The notes beneath the pieces are model-generated. The model was not told where the DNA came from. It ran no database searches and saw only the letters and a list, made by a program, of their open reading frames with translations. A program made the position numbers and the translations under genes. Of a DNA stretch of 64,000 bases, positions 15,101 through 33,328 are shown in pieces (position 1 is the first letter of the stretch; each line of letters begins with the position of its first letter). This DNA is from the human T2T-CHM13v2.0 reference genome, Homo sapiens, in the NCBI RefSeq assembly GCF_009914755.1, contig NC_060934.1, one strand, 5' to 3'.

Positions 15101-17659
15101 ATCTTTTGTGGGTGCCCACAGTTCTTTAGTATTCGGCATGTTTTTTTGTTGTTGTTGTGTTACAGGTTTTTTTTTTCCCTTTGCTTTTTAGTTTCAGGAG
15201 TTTCTACTGAGATATCATCAAGCTCAGAGATTCTTTGCTTACTTGTGTCCACCTTGCTAATAAGCCCATCAAAGCCTTCATTTCTGTTATGGTGTTTTCA
15301 GTTGCTAGCATTTCTTTTTCACACTTCTTTAAAATTTCCATCTGTCTGCATATATTGTATAGCTATTCTTGCATGCTGTCTACTTTATTTATTGGAGCCC
15401 TTCACATATTAATCATAATTGTTCTAAATTCCCATTATGATAATTTCTACATTCCTGCCATACCTGAATCTAGTTCTGATGCTTGGTATCTGTCTTCAAG
15501 CTGTCTTTTTTGTTCTCCCTCTTATAATGTCTTGCAATTTTTCTTGAGAGCTGGATATGAGATATTGGGTAAAATAAACTGCTATAAATAGAACTTCAGT
15601 AATTTAATGGTAAGATGTGAGGGGAGGAGAAACATTTTGTAGTCCTATGATTAATTCTCAGTTTTTAGTGATTTTGTCTTTTTGGACTGTGAACTTCACA
15701 AGTGTTTCTCATCCTCCTCTCCCTTAGATGAAACAGCAGGATGGATAGAAGTAGTAGAATCGTGTATTTCCCTTCTTTCATGTAGATGGCTAACATTGGT
15801 TGGAACTGGGTATTTCCCTTCTTCCAAGTAATGGGTAGAGCTAGATGAAGTTGGGTATTTTCCTCACTTTAGGTTAGTTAGGCTCTGATAAAATCCCAGC
15901 AAGTTAGGTTCTCGGTAAATTATTTCCCCTGAGAGCTGACCTTGTTAAGAAGAACAGAATTCTTAGATGTATTGTGAGATGATTCCTATTCTTCTCCCCT
16001 TACTAAAAGTAGGATATTTTTCTCCACTATTCATTGTGAGAAACTGGCTAAGCTCTGAGAAGTAAAATGCACAAAACTGTGGAGGGCCTGATATTTTAGC
16101 TCCCCTGGGGTTTTTAATCTCTCAGAATAGTCCACATTAAACTTCCAGCAATTTGTCAATTACAGTTCAGATTTTGCTACCCTGGCAGTTGTTCCTCTGG
16201 GGGGTTTCGGTCAGGTAAGCTGTGAATTTCTATATTCTCTTGTCTGTCTCTCCAATTTTGAGGACAACAGTTTGCCTTGTGACCTTACTTTTCTTGTGAA
16301 TCTATAAAGAATTGTTCATTTTGGTTTGTTCAGCTCTTTGGTTATTTTTAGTTGGAATGGAAACGTCTAAACCCCTTACACACTGGACAGGAAAACTCTT
16401 TTATATATATTCTAAGGGCACTAGTAATGTAATGTGGGGTCCAAGAGGAAGTAGCACTGGAATGACCAGATTCATGACTTTGATACTTCCTTCATTCAAA
16501 TCTTTCTGGCAATTTTTTAAGGTTTGAACTTTAAAAACACAAGAATGCCTTATTGCGGAAAATGCAAAATTGACTATTATATTATACTACCATTCCAAAA
16601 TGGACTTGTACTGAACCTAGTAACTCTAATAGTGCTTGCCAACATGCTGGGTTGAGACCTAGAATTATCTATAAAATAACTTGTGATGGGACTGTGAGTT
16701 TGATTTTACATTTTAGACCATGAGGCTGTGATCTCATGACATAACAACTTAAATATCCCTAGATCTTAGCTTTAATAAAAACAGAAACTAGGCCAACATC
16801 TTTATCTAACCTTGTTCTAGAAACTGTCCCTATAAAGTCATATTGACTAGAATTGAATATGGAACTCACAATGTCAACACTCCCATTCTCTAGGCCTTTA
16901 TGAGCATAGCCCAAAGAAACAAGATTTCTATTTTATGAAAAATAATAATCACATGTTTCCTACAGACTTAACTTCCATATAATTAACCTTCCAATTAACC
17001 TCCCATCATCACTTATTAAGAATCACAAATACAACTGCTACAGTTTTCTTTTTGCCAAAGAAATACTTTTTATAAATAATGATTAAAAATAATCTTCAGA
17101 GAAATATGTTAGCATGGTTCAAGGTTCAGAAGCTCACCAGGTTGTCAAGATAAAATACAGAAAGTAGATAAAAGTGAATAAAAAATTTTAAAATTCCTTT
17201 AAAATATACACTTTTCAATTTCTTGAGAGAACTTAAATGTGGAGATTCTAATGACACTCAGGATCTCTAGTTAGTTGAGTTATTTCATTTCTGTAGCTGT
17301 ACAGAATAAATTATGACAAATGGATGTGTTTAGTCCTCATATTCACATTTTATCATAAAATTGATAAACTAATAGTGTAGAATATAAAAATTATTATTTT
17401 TAAAGATAAATCCATTATGTCTACTTGAAATGTTGCTTCAAAAATTACATGTCTTTAATATCTGAGGTTATTTTTTCTTCATGAATTTGAGTATTCATGG
17501 TTAAAAGCAGTCATATGCACATTTTTAAAGCTTTCATTAACTGTCTGATCCGAAGTTTATAACGACTAACTACAACTATCAAAAAAACTCTGGGTATTTT
17601 TAAGTTTATATAGTCTTAAAAGTAATCATAGTTTAATTTATGCAAATATGACATTCAAG

Positions 17660-18100
17660 AAAAGATAATTCTAATTGAGATTTTAAGTGAAGGATTTCAC
17701 AAGCAGATGTACAAAAATAATAAAACCAAGAAAACCTGTATACTTTCACCCAGTTTTTTTCCAATAGTAACAGCTGGCAAAATGATAACACAACCAGAAT
17801 ATTGAGATTGATGCAATCCACTGATCTTATTTAGATTTCCTTAGTTTTACTTGTATTCATTTATATATGTATGTGCATTTAATCTATACAATTTTATTGC
17901 ATGCATAGACTCATGTCAAATTATATTAGGTTGGTGCAAAAGTAATTGCACTTTTGCCATTACAGCCAAGATACAGCACAGTTTTATCACCCCATGTATG
18001 TCTGTTTGATTTTTTATAATGGCATCTCTGTCCCTGCACTTAATTCTTACCTCACTCCATCTTACATCCTAACTTAGTCTTCATTTCTAAAACGTTGTTT
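17660..18100 (-). mobile_element. L1MC-like 3'UTR fragment, interrupted by a MADE1 half
   Basis: 'ttcacccagttttttccaatagtaaca...caaccagaatattgagattgatgcaatcca'. Confidence 0.65.
17926..17963 (+). mobile_element. MADE1/Hsmar1 TIR (single half)
   Basis: ttaggttggtgcaaaagtaattgcacttttgccattac, preceded by TA. Confidence 0.9.
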
Positions 18101-19099
18101 AGATATTCTAATTTTGAGGAAGTATTTTTAAAATATTGATATTGTGCCAAAATTACACCTCTCTCTTCACTAAATTCACATAGAACACAAATATATCTCT
18201 ACATGAATGACCATTGTAACAACAACCTTCCCATATGGAACCTCATTGTTGGCTCTGTGTACCCCATATTATGTTTTAAATAAATGTGTTGTTAAAAATT
18301 CGTTACATAGCTTATTGTCTATGCAACTCAGTCAAAAAGGATACAGAGTAAGCTGATAAAGAAAACTTCATCCTTAACAAAATGTTGGCTGTCCCCTCCT
18401 CTATAACAGCTCTCTGATGATTTTTTGATAGGTATTATCAGCTGCCATTTCTGTCTTCAGCTAGTTTCACTTAAACAATGTGAGAAAATGAATCGGGCCC
18501 TGTATCATAGATCCTGAATAAAGTACTATCTTTGCAAAAATAAAAATAATTCATAAGTTAAAGGGGAAACTACCCAGATCTCTTATTTGTGTAAACATAA
18601 CCATTACACATGACCTAAAATAATTAATGACAAAAGCAACACCAAGTAGAAAATAAGTACATCCTTTGGTTAAATTGGAACTATGGCCTGGTGACATTAT
18701 GTACAAGATTATTAAAAATTTAGAAGCTTTTGTTTTGATAAAAATAATAAGACTTAATAATTATACCATAAATCTCTAGATAATTGAAATTTGAATTTAC
18801 TAGTAAAGTCTCTGTGCTATGGGTTCCACTGGTATTTTTTTTACTATTTCAGGTATTAGGAGGGATCCAAGGGTTATAAATAAACAAATTAATGAGCCAT
18901 CTTTGTTTAAGGTTAATAGTAACAGTAAGTCCAATTAATTTAAGGAAGTGAAAATATGGATTTGCCTTTGCTCTTATTTGTTGGGGTTAGAGATGGTGGA
19001 GAAACAGAAAGAAGGCCAAGTTTCATAGAGTTCATGGGAACCACACTGTTTACTACTCATGCATTAGACTTTACTCTTTCATGTTCATTACCCGAATTA

Positions 19100-19146
19100 T
19101 TAGGTTGGTGTAAAAATAATTGTGGTTTTTGCCATTGAAAGTAATA
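19100..19146 (+). mobile_element. MADE1/Hsmar1 TIR (single half)
   Basis: ttaggttggtgtaaaaataattgtggtttttgccattgaaagtaat, preceded by TA. Confidence 0.85.
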
Positions 19147-19481
19147 ATTTTTGACTTCCTAGAACATTAGAATCCCTCTATGGAAAAAATTGTAAAATCC
19201 GGATCCAATAATATGGTGATATTGATTATCATATAAGTATATGGAGGGTTTTTATTTATTTTGAGTAATACAAAGTTTCAGAGAGGTTAAATGACTTTTG
19301 TAATGGTTAGAGTACATGGGGAAATTTATATTGTCTTTTGATATTAGTTCCCATTGTTGGCAACCAAAGATTTATGTTTTACTGGTAATCACTGAGATAC
19401 CAATTCTCCTTGAAAATAACTGTAAATCAAAAAGAGAACAGACTCATTATTGAGAAAATCAGTAAGATAATCTTTTCTTTC

Positions 19482-19611
19482 TTTTTTTTTTTTTGAAGAG
19501 ATGAGGGTCTCACTATGTTGCCCTGGCTGAGCTCAAACTACTGGGCTCAAGCAGTTCTCTAGCCTAAGCCTCCCAAGTAGCTGGGACTACAGGCAAATAC
19601 CACTGTGGCTG
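19482..19611 (-). mobile_element. FLAM / Alu left monomer
   Basis: Single antisense monomer with poly-T. Confidence 0.85.
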
Positions 19612-19890
19612 ATGGTAATCTCTTTATTTTTAAAATCTAGTTCATGATAAAATATACTTTTAATTTGGAAACTTTGCTTAATATGCATTAGTTTTTCTCA
19701 TGAACTTATGTGTATATATGAAATTATACATATGAAATATATATATATTTGTTTCCATGCATAGAAGTTATTATAAAATAAATGTAAATACTTTTCAGTT
19801 TTGAAACACTATTTGGAATTATAAGACAAAGACAGAGAAGTATGCCTATAAACTTTATATTCTCATCAGTTTATTCAGAAAAATTACATT

Positions 19891-20342
19891 TGTTATGGCT
19901 ATGGGTGGAATTATGTTCTCCCATGAAGATATACTCAAGTTCTAATTCCAGCACCTCAGAATATGGCCTCATTTGGAAACAAGATGTTTGTAGATGTAAT
20001 TAGTTAAGATAAGGTTATATTAGAGCAGGATGGACCCCTGATTCCAATATAACTTGAATCATTATAAGAAGGTGTCCATGAGAAGACAGAGATGTAGGGA
20101 CAACTCCATGTGAAGATGGAGGCAGAGGTTTGAATAAAGTATCTAAAAGCCAAGGAATGCCACTACTTGCTGTCTGCCATCAGGGAGAGGAGTGGAATAG
20201 ATTCTCTTTCAGGAGGAACCAACATTACCAATACCTTGATTTCAGGCTTCTATCTTCCAGAACTGCGAATGAATATATTTTTGATGTTTTAAGCCACTCA
20301 GTTTGTAGTACTGTACTAAGACTTCTCTAGGAAACTCATACA
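19891..20342 (+). mobile_element. MLT1B/C-like MaLR solo LTR
   Basis: tg...ca ends; 'gatgtaattagttaagataagg', 'gtgaagatggaggcagag', 'ctaggaaactcataca'. Confidence 0.88.
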
Positions 20343-20744
20343 ATTAATCTAAAGGTTTACCCTTCACCAGAACATCTTCTCTGACTCTGTTAATACAAGC
20401 TAAAAAAAAAAAAATTAAATCATGGAAACCATTTTTGAATATGTAGTGATATTACAAATGAAATACAAATTGAAGCAGGCAAGGTGGACTTGTTTTTTGT
20501 TTTATTTCTTTTTTGAAAGGCTAGTATATTTGAGGATAGCAGAGGCAGGGATTTATCAAGATTTTTACATTCATCTTCCAGTACTAGTACCTGACAAGAA
20601 AAAAATGTAAAAAAATACAAAAAATTTTGGTACTTCATTTAACATGACAATTGCTGTCATGTTTGTTGGTATAACTATCCAATAGTCACTTTTGTGTATA
20701 GGTGACTTCTTTGTATATGAAAACTCTTTCTCCTTTTTCTTTAT

Positions 20745-21400
20745 TCTAAACAGTGTTGAAGTAGCAGACAACATGACACTTTCATCTACTATTTTTTTTC
20801 CAGTATCCTCTAAGAAGTAGGACATTGTCCTAAATAAGAATACCATTTTCACATTTAATACAATTAAAATGATTTCATGGTATCATCTAATATAGAGTCT
20901 ATGTTCAGATTTCAGGCTTCAAAATGTCCTTTATTTATTGTGTTGTTGTTTCCATTGTATGTTTTTAACTTCAGGTCCCAATGAAAATACCTGAAGTGCA
21001 CTGGACAATTCTGCCTTTTTACTTTCTATTTATATATCTCTCTCATAACTCTAGCACAGTTTTTCCTTCATTTTTATTTTTGTTTTCCATATTATTAGTC
21101 TTTTTAAAGATTTTAAATCATTTACCCTGCATACTGCATAATGCTCTATATTTTAGTTTTGCCTGGAAGTTGTCCTATTATTACATTCAGGTTAAACATT
21201 TTGGGCAAGAATACTATACAGGTGATACATGCACTTTATATTTTACCACATCAAAACACATACAATATCAAGTCATCTCATTATCATTGATGTTAATTCT
21301 AATTACTTTGCTAGGATGATAGCCATCATATGTCTCCATTTTAAAAGCAAAATATCCATTCTAAGTAATCTGAAATGTAATATTCTTGAGAAGATGTTAA
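20745..21400 (-). mobile_element. Ancient L1MC/ME 3'UTR fragments
   Basis: 'gtagcagacaacatgacac...aggacattgtcctaaataagaataccat', 'caggttaaacattttgggcaagaatactataca'. Confidence 0.6.
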
Positions 21401-21609
21401 TATAGAATTCATTTGTGTTCTTCAACGTATGTCTTTTCTTTTTCATTAATTATACAGTGCGTAGAAAACATTGTCAGTTTTACTTCTTTGTCCTTTAGTT
21501 CTGAGGCATTTTCTTTCGATATGTCTTTGTTAATTGTATCCTCTTCTCTATTCTTTCCTTTGGCAGTTCTTATTCACTAGGACACTTGTTATCTCTATTA
21601 TTCTTTTAT

Positions 21610-23110
21610 TGTTTTCCTTTTAATAATTTTTAGGGTACAAGCAATTTTTGGTTACATGGATAAGGTCTTTAGAGGTGATTGCTGAGGTTTTGGTGCACTC
21701 TTCATTTGAACAGTGTGAACTGTGCCCAATATATGTTTTTTTTAATCCCTCGCCCCACTCCCATGCTTCCCTCCAAGTCCCCGGAGTCCATTATATGATT
21801 CTTATGCCTTTGCATCCTCATAGCTTAGCTCTCACTTATAAGTGAGAACATACAATATTTGGTTTTCCATTCCTGAGTTACTTCATTTAGAATAATGGCC
21901 TCTAGCTCAATCAAAGTTGCTGCAAAAGATATTGTTTCATTCCTTTTTACGACTGAGTAGTATTGCATGATGTATATATACCACATTATCTTTATCCACT
22001 TATTGGTTGATGGGCACTTAGATTGGTTCCATATTTTTGCATCTGAGAATTGTGCTGCCATAAACATGCATATGCGTGTGTCTTTTTCATATAATGACTG
22101 TTTTTTCTCCCACTCTGGGGGTTGTCTGTCTACTCTGTTAATTACTTCTTTTGCTGTACAGAAGCTTTTCTTAGTCTAATTAGGTCCTATTTATTTCTTT
22201 ATTTTGTTGCATTCGCTTTTGGGGTCTTAGTCATGAATTCTCTGCTTAAGCCAATGTCTAGTTTTCTGATGTTATCTTCTAGAATTTTTATGGTTTCATG
22301 TCATACTTCAGATTTGAGTGTTTGGTTCATCCTGGGTTGTATTAGGTGAGAGATGAAGATTCAGTTTCATTCTTTTTTATGGCTCGCCAGTTTTCTCAGC
22401 ACCGTTTATTGAATAGGTGTTTTAAATTCTATTTAGATGATGACTCACATTTATTGACTTGCATATGTTAAATTATCCCTGTATCCCTGTTATGAAACTC
22501 ACTTGATCATGACATATTATCTTTTTGACATGCTGTAGGATTAGATTAGCTTATATTTTGTTGAAGATTTTTGCATCTGTGTTTGTCAGGGATAATAGCT
22601 GATTGTTTTCTTTTTTTTGTTAAGTCTTTCCTTGTTTGGGTATTAGGGTGAATCTGGCTTCATAGAATGGTTTAGGGAGTATTCCCTCTTTATCTTTTGA
22701 AATACTTTCTGTAGAATTTGTACCAGTGCTTTATTGAATATATGATGGAATTCAGCTGTGAATCCATCTGGTCCCAGACTTCTTTTTGTTGGCATTTTTT
22801 AAAATTATTTATTCGATCTTGCTGCTTGTTATTGGTGTGTTCAGAATTTCTGTTTCTTCCTGATTTAATCTAGAAGAGTTGTATATTTTCAGGAATTTAT
22901 CTGTCCCCTCTAGATTTTCTTGTTGGTGTGCATAAAAGTGTTAATAGTAGCCTTGAATGATATTTTGCATTCCTGTGGTATTGGTTGTAATATATCCAGT
23001 TTCCCATTTGTAATCAAGTTTATCTGAATCTTTCTTTTTTTCTTGGTTAATCCCCCTAATGGTCTATCTTTTGTTTATATTTTCAAAGAACCAGCTTTTT
23101 ATTTAATTTA
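21610..23110 (-). mobile_element. L1PB-like 3' portion with two internal deletions
   Basis: L1PB 3'UTR 'ttttggttacatggataagg...'; ORF2 C-terminal peptide in ORF 21825-22067. Confidence 0.88.
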
Positions 23111-23122
23111 CCATTTATATAA

Positions 23123-23235
23123 TACAGTGGGAAGGTGTCTGGACTTGGTTCTCATCTCAGCCGCTTTCATAATAACTTTGTGGCCCTGATCAAATTGCAT
23201 AGCTTCTCTTGGCCTCAGCTTTCTGGTCAGTAAGC
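23123..23235 (+). mobile_element. MIR fragment
   Basis: MIR core-like 'gtggccctgatcaaattgcatagcttctcttggcctcagctttc'. Confidence 0.55.
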
Positions 23236-24215
23236 TAAAAGACAGGCTGATAAAACGGTTTTTAAAGAAACTTCAGAGCTAAAGCTCTAAATTTCCGGGA
23301 ACACTAAACTGAACAGCGTTCAACTATTATATATTTACTACCTAAGCACACAGTAAATAATTAGGTTGTTGTAAGAGAGTTTCAGTACATTTAATCTTAA
23401 AAAATCCTGTACCTTAGCCATGGAAATAAAAACAATTACTGTCAGACATTTGTAATCATTGGAGCTTTCAAGATTCATTTGCAGCAAACTGAAACTCATT
23501 ACTTTTTCTAATCAACAAACTAACTTAACTGTCACTAATGCTTCTTGAAAATCTAAAGAAAGATAGTAATTTTAAAAGTACTAGGTAAAATTCAATAAAT
23601 AAATTATTAAAAGAAGTTTTATGAACCCAAACTTAGGGAACAATTGAGAATTCCTGAGTAGTTGGGAACTCTAATTCAGAATCCTTTTAACTAGCATTAG
23701 TGTGTCTAAGAGAAGATAATGTGACAATTATTTTGTACCTTGGTTTTCTCTAACCAGATTACATAATAATACCTGGCATTTAGACACTGGTTATAATTTT
23801 TAATGTACTGTTTCATGTATTTTTAATTAATTCCCTTCACTCAACCTGAAAAGATGAATAATCATAATACCATATATACATATTTTTGAACACTCAAGAC
23901 ATACTATTTTCTTGCAAATATTATTTAATCCTCCTAAACCTTACAAAAAGAACATTCTAATCATATCCTTTCTTTTATGATGAGAAAAAATGACACAAAA
24001 TATTAAATTTCTTCTCAACTAATTGGAAGTAGCGCCAGGAAACTAATCAGGCAGTCATGTAATTAGCAACAATATTGAACCACCTTGAGACAGGAAATTG
24101 GGTTTTAACAGGATTTGCAAGCTCTAAGAATTGCACAATGTTATCTTAACACTTAAATTTCGGGAAATGATTACAAAGGAGTTTTTGAGATCACACAAAT
24201 TTTTCCTTTTTTGCT

Positions 24216-27436
<3,221 letters not shown>

Positions 27437-27444
27437 ACACTCAC

Positions 27445-27785
27445 GAACATTTATCTCTTATCTCTTTAATATTAATCATGCTACCAGGTGTGAGGAGGTA
27501 TCTCATGTGGGTTTAATTTGTATTTCTCTGGCGATTAGTGATGTTGAGCAAATTTTTTTATAATTCTTGAACATTTGAGTGTCTTGTTTTGCAAAAACGT
27601 ATTCACTTCCTTTGTCCATTTTTAATTGACTTGTTTTCTTCTGTTAAGTTATTTGAGTTCCTTACATATTTAGGATATTAATCCCTTATCAAATACATGG
27701 TTTGCAAATATTTTCTCAGACTGTGTAGATTACCTTTTCATTCTTTAAATTGTTTCTTTTGCTGTGCAGAAGCTTTGTAGAAGAA
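27445..27785 (-). mobile_element. Older L1M ORF2 C-terminal fragment
   Basis: 'ggtgtgaggaggtatctcatgtgggtttaatttgtatttctctggcgattagtgatgttgagc'. Confidence 0.75.
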
Positions 27786-28534
27786 AAGCTTTTTTGCCCT
27801 TTTCATTTTTTTTTCCTCTTTTACTCTATTAGCACTGTCAGCTTTGAGTTTAGGTAAGAATTCTGTTTTCATATTGCTTATTTAAAAAAAATAAAAATCA
27901 GTCCTGCAGTTAGCATTAAAATTGGTAATTTCTGCATAATTAATTCATCAAGTTATAAACTTTTGCTGCTTTTATTCCATTTGTAGCATTTTTCACTTAG
28001 TACACTTCCGTTCTTAGAATGAAACCACTTATGAAATAGAAAGAAAGCTTGAAATCAGAACACTGTATATATTTTGACAATTCTTCATTGGGAAATATGT
28101 GTTATAATGGGCAACGTGAAGTAAAAACAAGATCATAAGTGGTTTTTTCTCCTAAACCAAATACTTTTTTTTATTTTAAATTAAGGCTTGTATTCTACAT
28201 GATTTGTACAGTCATTACAGTTAAAAAAAAAGTAGGTGACGGTAATTTTTCAAGATGTCATTTGCGTATTTCAATAAATATGTTCTTCAGTAAATAGTTG
28301 AGAAAACATCTGTGAATATTATCACTATGTAATCAACATACTAATAAACCAACTCAAAAATAAAATCATTATGCCATCATAAACATTGTGATATATTGTG
28401 ATATATTATCTGTTTTAGCTTTTGTTTAAATGATAGGTGTGCTTTCTGATTTGTGAACTATGGCTCATGCAGGAACAGTTAATATTTATTTGTATAGGAA
28501 TGTCAATCTACTATGTTTAAAGATATTTAATTTT

Positions 28535-28822
<288 letters not shown>

Positions 28823-29254
28823 TCTCATATACCAGTAGCAATAGATCATATTAAATGTTATAGTAATAAGATTTCCAGCATTATTCCAAAGGTGACCTTC
28901 AGTTAAGCTGTTCACACTTCTATAATTTGAAGTCTCCACTTTTTAGGTATACCTCTAAGTAAATTGATGGCCAAAGTTCTGTGGGGAAATTTTGCATTAT
29001 TTGTCTATAATTGCCAATGTATCTCACAGCTTCTTAAGTTCAATTAATCTTCTAGAATACTCTGAAATTTATGTCCACTTCATTATAAAAATGTAAGCCT
29101 TCTTGCAGCATATTTAATTAATAGTAAAGATGAAGATCTAGGAGAAACTTGTAAAGTATCTTCAACTTCCCTGAAAATTGCTGCTCAATTTGATTTCTAT
29201 GCTAATATTTATATTGTTGAACTTGTGTAATGACAATAGAGAGCTTACATATCC

Positions 29255-30020
29255 CAATATAAAGAGAAAAATGCTTGAACTGATAATACAATATAGAATA
29301 TATACAAATATTTCCAATAATCAAATATATTTTGGGACATAATTAGTCATCAAGTAATGCAAATTGAAATGAAAATAAACTAGTAGTTCAAAATCTTTAG
29401 AAAGGCTAACATTTCAAAAGCCAACAATGCCAACTTCTAGTAACGGATAGTAAATAAGTTTTTCAGACATTCTCAGAGGCAGTATAATATAATTTTGAAA
29501 ACTGGTTGTCATTCACTTATAAAAATTAAGATGTAAGTATCCTATGGCTCTTATGTTTAATAAAGAGGAATGAAAGTGAAAGCATCTGTCCCCAAAATGA
29601 CTTGTACAAGAATGTTATAATCATTTAATACTTAATAGTCAAAAACTGAGAACAATCCAAATATCCCTCAAAAGAAACAAAAAAAGCAAACATGGAATGG
29701 AATAACATTCCTCAAGGTGAAGGTACAAACTACTGATAGAAAAAACTACCCAAGGAGAAATGACTGAGGACAAGCGAGTTCCTACTTCAATTCCTATGAT
29801 ATTCTAAAACAGACGAAATGATCTATCATAATAAAAATCATAATGGTAGTTGGTTCTGGGGTTGGGCATTATCAGGAAAGGTATATGAGAAAAATTTTTA
29901 CTTTGAATAGAGCCATTTTAAATCCTGATTAAGCGTAGATTGCCCAGTGGTATATATTTGCTAAATTCACAGTCTACATTTAAAATCTGTGCATTTTACT
30001 GAATAACATTAAGCTTTAAC
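29255..30020 (+). mobile_element. L1ME-like 3' end
   Basis: Diverged ORF2 end/3'UTR 'gacttgtacaagaatgtt...aaaactgagaacaatccaaatatccc'. Confidence 0.65.
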
Positions 30021-30512
30021 TTTACACATTTGGATAAACTATTCATATTTTTCTGCAATTTGCTTCCTCTTCCCCCGTTGCAGAGTAGAATTGCTGAAAC
30101 CCTCAAAATTGAGAGTTACATATTTAAATTTCTCTTTTATCAGTTTTAGTTTTTCTTAAGGGGCTATTTCTAGATTAGGAGGGGGTTTTGTTTTCTTTTT
30201 TTTTTGACACAACCACAATGTGGCAATCAACATTCTCTCTCTCCATTTGTCTATATACATATATGTTTCTATATCTCGTTATAGATATCTGTATCTGTCT
30301 ATCCATCCATCTACCCACTTATCTGTAATCAATTTTCTCCATAGCAAATGTTCACAGAAATGGAACTTCTGAATCAAATAATAGGTATATTTAAGTTTTT
30401 AATTATTCAAAAATATGTTCTCATTATCTCTTGTCTTCAATTTTTAGAAGTTCTTTGTATATTATTAATATTTTATCAGTGCATGTTCTTTTCACCAGGA
30501 ACAGAAGCTAAG

Positions 30513-31375
<863 letters not shown>

Positions 31376-32575
31376 GAGATAGTATGTTTTCTAATATACT
31401 TATTTAAGATTATTTTTTGCAAGCATTTTCTCAATTTTATTCTTCATCCAACAAGGTTTTATATGTTCTATTTTCTGTATCATTGAGATCAAATATTTTC
31501 TAATTCTAACATTCCTAACACTAATCTTCTATCAAATTTAAATACCGATTTGTATGCAGTCAGCTTTCCAAGGTAATACTTCTGCAGTTTATTATATTTT
31601 TGCCATGGTAAAACAGCTATTATTGGCTTTTTGACCCGCTACTGAGTTGCATAACCAATACTATTTATTTTATGTTATTTTACATACATAAGCCCATTTC
31701 TGATATGAAACTCAGTATTTCTCCTTTTATAGCCTCAGCTAGATGTAATGGAGATTCAACGTCTCCATTACATAAAACAAAATTTCACTTCCTTTTCTAG
31801 TTAAAAAAAAAAAAGACTATCTGGAACTAGATAGTCTGTTGCTGCTATGCAGACTCTGTTTCACCGGGTTGCCAGGAACCCTCAACTTCACTTGCACCAA
31901 ACTTCGGTTAATGCCATTATACATACTGAGAAGGAGATAATCCAATATATTCACATCCTATACAATGGTTTAACAAAATGGAGAAGGAGGGTTGCCTTTT
32001 CTTTTAAGATCACTAAAAAGTATCTGCCCCAAAATCTGCAACTACAATTCTAAAACATTATAAATATAATCTTATTTTGGTTATCACATTACCTCTAGCA
32101 GAAACTAGGGATTGTATTCACAATTCTGGGTTATCACATTCCTACAAAAAATACTGATAAGTTCAGAAGAAAGGTAGATGTATGTCAGGGATATATCTAG
32201 CAATTTTTACTACTATGGATTATAGAGCTGTAGTGATTATTAAACATTATCTATTTGTGTTTTATATTTTCCTATATTTAGCATATTTTTTTAAATTTAA
32301 AAGTAAAATTAAATTTAAGCCAAATATTTAAAAATTATTGCTCGTGATTTATTTTAAGTTTAAATATAGCAAATATAATTGGTTACATTTGTCATAAATG
32401 CTTTTCTGGTCAGGACAGTGATAAATAGTATTTAAATAAACAGATATTTAGTCAAATAACCTGACTAAAATTCCAAATTTTCCAACATTTCAAATAATTT
32501 TTTTACATTTTTTCTGTCTAACAAGGATTACCCAAATACCTATTTGCACAACTTATTAAGAATGTAATATTTTCT

Positions 32576-32867
<292 letters not shown>

Positions 32868-32939
32868 AATGTAATATTTTCTTCAACATAATAGGAAACA
32901 GCAAAAATGTATCATATTTGATACGTCAATGAAGATGAT

Positions 32940-33328
32940 AAGAGCATATGATCCAGAAATCCCAGTTTGGGGCAAATATCCAAAGGAATTGAAATCAGGA
33001 TCTTGAAGAGGCATTTGCCTCTTGTTCCTTGCTGCATTACTTGCAATAACAAAAATACAGAAACAACCTAAATGTCCATTAATGGATGAGTGGATAAAGA
33101 AAATGTGGGATATACATACAATGCAATGTTATTTGCAAGGAAATTCCTGTCATTTGTGGCAACATGGATGAACCTGGATGATATCATGCTAAGTGACATA
33201 AACCAGACACAGAAAGAAAGATACTGCATGATCTTACTTATATGTGGAATACAAAACAGTCAAATTCATAGAAGTAGAGAATACAATGGTGGTGGTCAGA
33301 GGCTAGGGTAAGAGAGAAATGAGGAGGT
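32940..33328 (+). mobile_element. L1MA9/L1MB-like 3' fragment
   Basis: 'ccaaaggaattgaaatcaggatcttgaagag...aaagatactgcatgatcttacttatatgtggaat'. Confidence 0.8.

Noticed and set aside
28385-28408. Small tandem duplications (attgtgatat x2; also 35551-35570 and 49632-49677)
   Set aside because: Ordinary slippage duplications
31815-31945. Possible minus-strand splice acceptor (ctccttctcag) with a 35-aa frame, and an RFX-like motif gttgccaggaac
   Set aside because: No recognisable peptide, no convincing donor, imperfect motif
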